Part shown: piece by piece, positions 25,370 through 34,247 of the stretch
How the letters are laid out: each line of letters begins with the position of its first letter
Numbering within the stretch: position 1 is the first letter of the stretch
NCBI RefSeq assembly: GCF_963921235.1
Contig: NC_086097.1
Coordinates: 106,146,001 to 106,210,000, forward strand
Source: Mobula hypostoma
Lineage: Eukaryota
Direction: 5' to 3'
DNA: 64,000 nt
The notes under the pieces: generated by a model
Told to the model about the DNA's origin: nothing
Databases searched by the model: none
What the model saw: only the letters and a program-made list of their open reading frames with translations
Position numbers and translations under genes: made by a program

Positions 25370-26100
25370 GAAAGAAGGCTCCAAGTCAAGGGTGTACAGC
25401 ATAGGCTCACGATCAAGCATACTTTCTTCAGCCAATGATTGGTGTGTCAAGGCTGACCTGGACAGGAAAGGCAGTTTTCCGGAGCAAATAGCTTTCACAA
25501 CATTGCGTCCAGATATAATCGTATGGTCTGACAGCAGTAGAGAAGCGGTTATTGGTGAACTCACAGTCCCCTGGGAAGATAACATCGATGAAGCCCATAA
25601 GCGCAAGTTAACCAAATATGCAGAGTTAAGATCAGAGTGCAGAGACAGAGGGTGGAAGGTCTCATGCTATCCATTCGAAGTAGGCTGCCGTGGGTTTATT
25701 GTGTTCACTCTCCAGAAGTAGCTGCGTGACCTTGGCTTCACTAGAAGAGAGATCAAGTCAACCAGCAGGGCTGTAGCTGAGGCAGCAGAGAAAGGATCAG
25801 CATGGGTGTGGACCAAGTATGTCCAGAGGGGCAGATAGTCAGACAGTGTATACATATCTTGCAAACCCTTCAGTAGTTGCATAGACACCTGAAGAGTAGA
25901 CTATCTGTTGGATGGAAATGACCAACAACTCTGATAGAGGCAGATGCCAAGTTTTTAAGCTCACCAGTGGGAGGTGGTGCTTTAGCACTGCTGGCCCACC
26001 ACCTCGAGGGAGTCTTGATCAGAAGCGGGCCGAAACTCCTGAAGACAGGTGGCAGATCAACTGATGATCCCACTGGTGATAGCACAGGACAGTTAACATC
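25370..26100 (+). mobile_element. 3' end of a HERO/NeSL-like (R2 group) non-LTR retrotransposon with restriction-like endonuclease
   Basis: TTLRPDIIVWS..ELTVPWEDNIDEAHKRKLTKY..GW..FEVGCRGF, one in-frame stop, then ..AEAAEKGSAWVW; followed by a structured 3' UTR. Confidence 0.85.
25999..26074 (+). ncRNA. Candidate non-circularly permuted hammerhead-like RNA with k-turn
   Basis: GGGAGT(26008-26013)/ACTCCT(26035-26040); GUC 26012-26014; TTGATC(26015-26020)/GATCAA(26055-26060); GAAA 26032-26035; CTGATGA 26061-26067; k-turn CGA/GAA-GA-C. Stem II is weak. Confidence 0.6.
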
Positions 26101-26261
26101 TTAGTCCATGTGTATTTTGTAACTCTGTATAGTATAACATCATCCCAAAAGGCTGCCAAAGAGGTGGTTGTGCTCATCTATCTACCTTGCTTTGCAGAAG
26201 TAAATATGCTGGGCAGACCAGTGGCAATGGTAAAGATTTTGCCCAGTGTTTTGTTACACTT

Positions 26262-26680
26262 AAAGATTAGCTTCCACTTGTACATCAAAACACACAGTGA
26301 AACACATCGTTGGTGTCAAATCAAATCAGCGAGGATTGTGTTAGGCAGCCTGTAAATGTTCCATTTCTAGCGCTAAGATCACATGACTGCAACTTACTAA
26401 ACCTAACCATACATCTTTGGAATGTGGGAGGAAACCAGAGCATCTGGAGGAAACCGGAGCACCTGGAGGAAACACGAGCACCCGGAGGAAACTGGAGCAC
26501 CGGGAGGAAACACGAGCACCCGGAGGAAACACGAGCACCCGGAGGAAACTGGAGCACCTGGAAGAAACCTACGGGGTCAAGGGAAGAATGTACAAACTTG
26601 TTACAGACAGCAGTGGGAATTGAACCTCGATCTTACAGCTGGCGCTGTAATAGTTTTACAATAACCATTGTGATACCACT
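26262..26680 (-). mobile_element. tRNA-derived V-SINE-like element with an internal 19-bp tandem expansion
   Basis: B-box remnant 'gggaattgaacc'; central domain; about 7.5 x ggaggaaacNNgagcacc at 26427-26569. Confidence 0.75.
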
Positions 26681-27271
26681 TGATACTTAACTCCCTTTAT
26701 TTGTTTGTTCATTGGTTCTATCACGGCCAAATGCGCTGCACGTTAAACTGCTGGGGTTTGTTCTCACTTCACAATAACAACTGAATATTATTGACTCTCT
26801 TCCAATATGAAAGGAACACACTGTGTTCTTGAAGATGCAACATTCCCAGCAGCTTGTTCTAACAAATGTCAGGTAAGAGAATGCATCAAATATATCATGA
26901 GAGGATTGAATAGAGAAGCAATCTTAATATGGGTTTCCTGGATTGTGTTGCTCATAGACAAGATGGAGATCTAGTCGTTGCTATAGCAAATGAAATGGGT
27001 CAATGGCAGCCTCCTTGCTAAATGTGCCTCATTCTTTGATTGTCAGTTAATCTGATAATGTTGTGCTCCCAAAGATCCACGGAGGATTTGTCCCCCTGTA
27101 CAGGTATCTCCTTCTCTTTCTTCTCTCAGCTGCATAATTTCTTTAATATTACCTCTTTTTCGTTGTTCCCAAAGTCACAGCATCAATTACAAGTTACAAA
27201 TACTAATAAAGCTTTTTTCAAAAATATAATCAGCCAAAATCATCAAAAACAATATTTACTTGAGGCAAAAT

Positions 27272-27570
27272 TGGGGCACAGTAGCACAGCAAATTGCACA
27301 ATTGCTTTACAGAGCCAGCAATCACTGATCGGGGTTCGATTTCCATCACTGTTGTTCTTCCCGTGAGCACGTGGCTTTCCTCCAGGTGCCCCACGTTCCA
27401 AAGATGTACAGTTAGGGTCAGAGTTTGTGATTTGTAGACATGCTATGTTAGCAACACTTGCGGGCTGCACCCAGTACAATCCTTGGGCTATATTGGTTGT
27501 TGACACAAAACAATGTATTTCACTGTATGGCTTGACATACACATGACATATAAAGCTAATCTTTAGATTT
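27272..27570 (+). mobile_element. V-SINE-like element
   Basis: 'ggggcacagtagcacag' A-box-like start, 'gggttcgatttcc' B-box, 'tccaaagatgtacagttaggg', and 'taaagctaatcttt' tail. Confidence 0.7.
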
Positions 27571-27573
27571 TAA

Positions 27574-27790
27574 GCAACACACATCAAAGTTGCTGGTGAA
27601 CGCAGCAGGCCAGGCAGCATCTCTAGGAAGAGGTACAGTCGACGTTTCAGGCCGAGATTCTGATGAAGGATCTTGGCCTGAAACGTCGACTGTACCTCTT
27701 CCTAGAGATGCTGCCTGGCCTGCTGCGTTCACCAGCAACTTTGATGTGTGTTGCTTGAATTTCCAGCATCTGCAGAATTCCTGTTGTTTA
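27574..27790. mobile_element. 217-bp fold-back PLE insertion containing a hammerhead core
   Basis: TSD CTTTAGATTTTAA (27561-27573 and 27791-27803); arms 27574-27658 and 27670-27754 are near-perfect inverted repeats; CTGATGA at 27660, GAAACGTC at 27680. Confidence 0.9.
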
Positions 27791-29463
27791 CTTTAGATTT
27801 TAACCTTTTTTAATACAATAAGTAGCCAAATAAAAGACCAGATTATTCCAAGGGGACAATGTAGCTGAAAGAGTTGTTTAAATCATCAAATGAAGTATCT
27901 TGAGGGTCCTTTTCTGTTACGTTTATCATATGGCTGGCAAATGTTTTGAAAGCATCCAAAAGCCACTTACTAAAGTTCACAGTTCAAAGTACTTTTAAAT
28001 TATGAAGGTATGTATACAGTATACAACCCTGAGATATGTCTTCCTGTAGGCAGCAATGAAACAAAGAAACACCACTGAAGCTATTTAGAGAAAAATCCCA
28101 CACAACAAGACCATCAAACACCTAACACGCAAAAACAGAACAAATTGTGCAAACAGCAAAAAAATGAGCAAATAAGGAGAATAAGTTCAAATGAGCGAAT
28201 AAGTTCAGGAGAAGTATATTTAAAAGTAGAAGAGTATCTAGTAGTCTTGTGAGCTGTCTACATGATCTCACTGTCAGTCACTGGTGCCATCTTGCAGGAT
28301 TTAAATATTCTAATCATCATTTTTTAAACATGGACAATTTCAGAGGAGTCTAAGCCTATTCTAGACTGGAACACACATGTACTTTTAAGTAAATGTCATA
28401 CACCTGTTGAATAAGTGTAATGCAATCAAACTTTTAGAAAAATGAATCTTTCTCTCTCAATATGCTAACCAAATGTTTAGATTCATGGCCTTCATTGATC
28501 CTACAGATAATCTTGCATTCTTAATTCTTTTCAACATACTTTGGATCTCAGCCTTCTCAAACTCCATTTCACACCATCCGATCTGACTCTGGAAAGACCA
28601 AATTTTTTCCTCTACATTACAGTTTGCATACGTCAATGATGCATCATCACCCATGGGGGCACTTTATGCTTTAAATTAGAGGTCGCTAACCCGTTGATCG
28701 CGATTGACCGGTCGATCTTTGAGACTTTCCCAGTAGATCCCGAAAAGAATCAAAAATAAATACACAAATACTGTTGTAATGTGAGCATTATAAAAATAAA
28801 TAATTAGGATAATAGTAATATAGCAATACTTTCGCTACTGAAAGCTGTTTATAAACAGAGATTGTTTTTGGGTTGCGGGGTTTTAGTTCTGTTCTTTCTG
28901 CCCAGTGTGCATGTGTGTAGCTCTCCCGCCATGCACCACGTTTTCAGCATAGCCTGTGCTGCATTAAAGTGACCAATTAGATTAGATAAGAGTACAGACT
29001 GTTGCAAACATCAATATACGGCACTCGCTCGTGATATCCTGATAGTATGGTGGAGGCTCCACGAAATAAGGTCCATCCAGAATGGGAAGAGGAATTTCTA
29101 TTTACCTTGGTGAAAGACAAGTGTGTATGTATGTTGGCCACCAAACACAAGCACTGACTAAAAGAGGGAATCTGGAGCGGCACCACAACACCAACCACCA
29201 GAAATTTAAAGACACCTACCCCCAAAGAGCGGAATTTGTGCCAGGAAAGCTGAGGAGCTGAAATCTGGGTTGAAGGCCCAGCAATCGTTTTTCACAAAAC
29301 AAGACTGCTGTTGAAGCATCATTTCGTGTAGGTCACCTTTTGGCTAAACTCAAGAAGCCTTTTACAGATGGCAATTTATTCAAGGAAGCAATGGCCATTA
29401 TCACAGAGACTGTTTTTAATGATTTTAAAAACAAAAACGGCATCACAACCACAATACATAATA

Positions 29464-30203
29464 ACAGGAATTCTGCAGATGCTGGAAATTCAAGCAACAT
29501 ACATCAAAGTTGCTGGTGAACGCAGCAGGCCAAGCAGCATCTATAGGAAGAGGCGCAGTCGACGTTTCAGGCCGAGACCCTTCGTCAGGACTAACTGAAG
29601 GAAGAGTGAGTAAGGGATTTGAAAGCTGGAGGGGGAGGGGGAGATGCAAAATGATAGGAGAAGACAGGAGGGGGAGGGATAGACCCGAGAGCTGGACAGG
29701 TGATAGGCAAAAGGGGATACGAGAGGATCATGGGACAGGAGGTCCGGGAAGAAAGACAGGGGGGGAGGGTGACCCAGAGGATGGGCAAGAGGTATATTCA
29801 GAGGGACAGAGGGAGAAAAAGGAGAGTGAGAGAAAGAATGTGTGCATAAAAATGAGTAACAGATGGGGTACGAGGGGGAGGTGGGGCCTTAGCAGAAGTT
29901 AAAGAAGTCGATGTTCATGCCATCAGGTTGGAGGCTACCCAGACGGAATATAAGGTGTTGTTCCTCCAACCTGAGTGTGGCTTCATCTTTACAGTAGAGG
30001 AGGCCATGGATAGACATGTCAGAATGGGAATGGGATGTGGAATTAAAATGTGTGGCCACTGGGAGATCCTGCTTTCTCTGGCGGACAGAGCGTAGATGTT
30101 CAGCAAAGCCTGATGAAGGATCTTGGCCTGAAACGTCGACTGTACCTCTTCCTAGAGATGCTGCTTGGCCTGCTGCGTTCACCAGCAACTTTGATGTATG
30201 TTG
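29464..30203 (-). mobile_element. 5'-truncated PLE with inverted 5' arm, nested in the hAT transposase
   Basis: TSD CCACAATACATAATA (29449-29463 and 30204-30218); GIY-YIG C-terminus FAEHL..VATHF; inverted arm at 30109-30203. Confidence 0.9.
29556..29593 (-). ncRNA. Minimal hammerhead ribozyme motif
   Basis: Minus strand reads TAGTC-CTGACGA-AGGGTCTCGGCCT-GAAAC-GTC-GACTG. Confidence 0.72.
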
Positions 30204-32537
30204 CCACAATACATAATACACCACTTGGCCCTGCAACAGTGCCAAGGAAGGTAGAGTCACTGTCAGAGTTTGTGGATTGATTTGTCACTCTGTGATTATT
30301 TTTCACTACAGTTCGATGAATCCCTGGATGTAATGCAAACAGCTCAGCTTGCTGTAGTTTTCAGAATGGCTTTCCAGGATTTTACAACAAAGGAGGACTT
30401 CCTCACTCTTTTGCAATTAAAGGAGAGAACGAGAGGTGAGGATATTTACAATGAATTTAAAAAATACGTCCGTGAAAATGACATCTCCATTCATAAACTG
30501 GTGGCAATTACAACTGATGGGGCCCCAGCAATGCGCGGTGTGCGCGTTGGTTTTATAGCACTAAAAGTCAGTGCCTACTTCAGGTCAACTTATCTATGTG
30601 AAATTGCATGTTCACAGCTGAAAATTATTAAATCTAAGTACAGGAGCTGTCTTACTGACAGACACCTCACAGACTGTCTCAAACTGGCTGTCTGTAGTTA
30701 TGAGCCAAATTTCAGGGAACTAGCAGAAGTATTCAGCCCCAGTCATCACACTGAGTGGAACAGTTAATTTTTATTCATTTATTTTTCGTGTTGAAATAAA
30801 ATTAAATAATGAAACTTAGAATTAAAGGTGTGAAGTATTGTGATATTCTTAAAGAAAGACAGCTATGGCCTGTTTGATATGCTAGTTGCAGTGTTTCCTT
30901 GTTTGAATTAATTTGACAAATGTATTTTGTGTAATTCAAATACAATTAGCCCAAATAAAAGGCCTTAAATTGGAAGTAAAAACTGAGCTGTTTTTTCTCT
31001 AAACGATTTAGTAGGTAGATCTTGCCTTTCACTGAGGTCGAGGTAGGGGATCTTGAGCTTAAAAAGGTTGGTGACCACGACTTTAAATGAATCCTTGAAA
31101 CTTTTCCTTTCTATAGCAATGGCAAGTATTACTTGAAATATGATAAGATTGGGGATTTCTTAAAAACCAAATAAAATAAAAGAATGAAAACCAAAAAAAT
31201 TTGTAAAAATTCCTTAATTTGAGGATGTTACGAGGAAGCAGGTTCACCGGTTTGGTGACTAAGACATACACTAATTATGAATAAGCACTTGAACCATTTA
31301 TTTACAAATAGTAAAACATTCAATTAAGCATCTAAGTCACCCTAAGTAAAATTCAACAAACAGACACTTAGCTATGAGTGCATAGGGACTCCCCAATATT
31401 TGCAGCATAATTTCCCAATAGTTGTTTAACACTGGATACGACCTCAGCCTGAAATGGGCCCTGGGGATGAAGGAAAAGATGCCGAGCCTCCCGCACATAC
31501 TATTCCTATACCCCTGAGATGCCTGAAATCAGACACTGGGGCCCTGGTACACAGAGCAACCAACAGGAAGGAGCTGCTGCTTCCTTCAAATGAGCCACTT
31601 GATGACCAGCACAGTAGAAGTGGCTTTTGACCGACAACTAACCCCTACGTGACAGAGAAAATAGAAGATTTCAAATTACATGTTACTCTGCAATATGAAG
31701 AACCAACAAACAGCAAAATTTCATTCAAAATGACACAGGTGGTGTATGACAACATTTTGTGGTCAGCTCACAAACCTACTAGTTCTATCTCTTTGAATTA
31801 AATACAGATTTAAAATGCTCCTAAACATGGATACAGCTTGCAAAGTGAGTTGTTCCTTGTCCCCTTCACAACAAAAAGTGAAGTAAACGTATGCTTTAAG
31901 TAGGAGGATTTGCCAATACATGCGTATTACAAGTTCAAATTGGCTATTGACGATTACTACCACACAGATTTATCGTCATTGAACAAACAAATGAACCCAT
32001 TGTCAATCACCTCTTCTCCACAGTGATTGCTTTTATTGTTGGTGAAACTCATTTGCTGGATGCTGTACTGCCATTTAATCTCAATGTGTTCATCACTTAT
32101 GTTTTATGTAGCTTGCAAACTTCTTCTTCAGTGAAAGCAGAGAGATTGTTGAAATCCTCCTGCAAAGTACCTGATAAAAGCATGAAGGTCCTTTACATTT
32201 CCTCAAAACAATACTGGAATTAAAGAGAAACAAAAGGCCAGCTGCTTGAGAAAAACACTCACCAAACAGCCCTGCTACAGCACACTACACATTATTCAAC
32301 TATCGTGCTTCACGTTTTAGTAATTTTTTTCTGTTATATGTTAACTAAAAGCGTGTTTGTTCAATAACAAATCTAGCTGAGAGGTTTATAAATCAGTGAG
32401 ATTATTAGATAATGGAAAGATTTAAAGATCTTTCCATTTATATTTCTTTTTTGTAGGAAGTCTCCAATATTTGCATTGAATATTATCATCTCCATAGACA
32501 TGCTTCATTTTTTGCAGAATATCTTTCACAACTTGCA

Positions 32538-32900
32538 TCAGAATCAGGTTTAACATCACCAGCATATGTCGTGAAATTAGTTGTCTTTGCAGCAACAGTA
32601 CAATGCAATACATAATAATAAAAAAACATCAATTTCAGTAAGTATATATATTAGATGGTTAAATAAGTAGTGCAGAAATAAAAAATAATAAAAAAGTAGC
32701 GAGGTAGTGTTCACAGGTTCTATGTCCATTCAGAAATCAGATGGCTGAAGGGAAGAAGTTGTTCCAGAATAGTAGAGTCTGTGTCTTCAGGCTTCGGTAC
32801 CTCCTTCCTGATGGTTTCAATGAGAAAAAGCCATGTCCTGGGTGATGAGGGTCCTCAGTGATGGATGTCACCTTTTTGAGTCATCGCTCCTTGAAGACGT
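32538..32900 (-). mobile_element. Rex1/Babar 3' end
   Basis: 'atcagaatcaggttt' tail and a 3' UTR homologous to 10440-10843. Confidence 0.7.
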
Positions 32901-33072
32901 ATAAGATTTGATGTGACTAATTAAAACACATGATTACATTTGACAAAAGGATATGGATCATGTTGTAGAGAATGACTGCGGTAGGTCATTGAGATATGCT
33001 GTGAATATGCAGTAACAAGAGCTTTTTGGTGTGTATGTGTGAGTGTGAGTGTGTACGCATTTGTCCTTTGGC

Positions 33073-33251
33073 AACAGGAAGTCACAAATAACACTAGGCT
33101 CCTAAATATTTAAAGGGAGAAGAGGCAGTTCCAGAGAGACAACAGCTCTACAGCATCTGAGAATTAACAGAAAGTCACAAATAACACTAGGCTCCTATAT
33201 ATTTAAAGGGAGAAGAGGCAGTTCTAGAGAGACAACAGCTCTGAGAATTAA
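33073..33251. repeat. Two-copy tandem duplication, period about 93 bp
   Basis: 'aagtcacaaataacactaggctcct..gagagacaacagctct..gagaattaa' occurs twice. Confidence 0.9.
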
Positions 33252-33434
33252 GTGGATAAGAACGGAAAACACCACAAGAAGGAAGAATCGAGGAGAAGGT
33301 GATAATATGTCAAACGCCAACACTTTAAAGTGGGAGCTGATTGTTGAGATTTGTTTCTGAATGTACTGTCATGAAATCAGTGTGCTCAGACTAACACACT
33401 GGTTGAACTCAGCAGCTCAGACAGCATCTATGGA

Positions 33435-33798
33435 GTCATAGTCATAGTCATACATTATTGATCCCGGGGGAAATTGGTTTTTGTTACAGTTGCACCATAA
33501 ATAATAAATAGTAATAAAACCATAAATAGTTAAATAGTAATATGTAAATTATGCCAGGAAATAAGTCCCGGACCAGCCTATTGACTCAGGGTGTCTGACC
33601 CTCCAAGGGAGGAGCTGTAAAGTTTGATGGCCACAGGCAGGAATGACTTCCTATGACGCTCTGTGTTGCATCTCGGTGGAATGAGTCTCTGGCTGAATGT
33701 ACTCCTGTGCCCACCCAGTACATTATGTAGTGGATGGGAGACATTGTCCAAGATGGCATGCAACTTCGACAGCATCCTCTTTTCAGACATCACCGTCA
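33435..33798 (-). mobile_element. Rex1-like 3' fragment inserted into an old PLE terminus
   Basis: ILDNVSHPLH..RCNTERHRKSFLPVAIKLY; (GTCATA)n tail; the flanks rejoin to a PLE end ('cagcatctatggag'..'gacgtttcaggctgagaccc'). Confidence 0.75.
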
Positions 33799-34247
33799 GA
33801 TGACGTTTCAGGCTGAGACCCTTCATCGGGACGCAGTGTTTCAGAACTATAAGTTTGGTTGACAATAGGACAAAGATGCAGATTGTATTACAGAAAGCAA
33901 AGTGGAGGCTTGGGTGTTTAAAGGATTGGGAATTGAAACAGTTTGGTGTATTCCAAGGATAGAAGAGTGTTAACAACTGGTGTGTAAGAGGGAAAAGGTA
34001 ATACAGAATGATGTATATTACAGGTCAGGGGTCGGGGATGAGTTCATTACAGGTTGGGGAAGATTATGGGGCAGAAGTCAAAAGGGGTGATTATATCACA
34101 GGAGATAAAAAGGAAAGGGTGGGCAGGATATGGTTAAGACTGTGTAGTTTATTGCACTAAAATGTCACAGTTTTGGTTGTTTCATTCAGGTCAAGTCAGA
34201 TAACGCATGTCCCACAATAGAAGGGTAAAACAATAGAAGTAGGTGAG

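Larger units (their letters stand above)
28677..31080 (+). mobile_element. hAT transposon (Buster/Charlie, GTF2IRD2/EPM2AIP1-like transposase), internally deleted
   Basis: Perfect 8-bp TSD CTTTAAAT (28669-28676 and 31081-31088); 15-bp TIRs matching at 11/15; FSLQFDESLD, TTDGAPAM, STYLCE..KSKYRS.LTD.HL. Confidence 0.9.

Noticed and set aside
26039..26045. CTGAAGA as the catalytic CUGAnGA box, or a SECIS/box C/D RNA
   Set aside because: These bases are better explained as the end of stem III plus the k-turn bulge. There is no matching stem I, no SECIS geometry and no snoRNA guide layout.
26427..26569. Short-repeat array as CRISPR or coding repeat
   Set aside because: No spacers; it is an expansion of the SINE internal repeat.
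26977..26990. RFX X-box-like GTTGCTATAGCAAA
   Set aside because: A single imperfect motif with no promoter context.
30270..30767. Host GTF2IRD2/EPM2AIP1 gene
   Set aside because: Bounded by TIRs and an 8-bp TSD, internally deleted and interrupted by a PLE.
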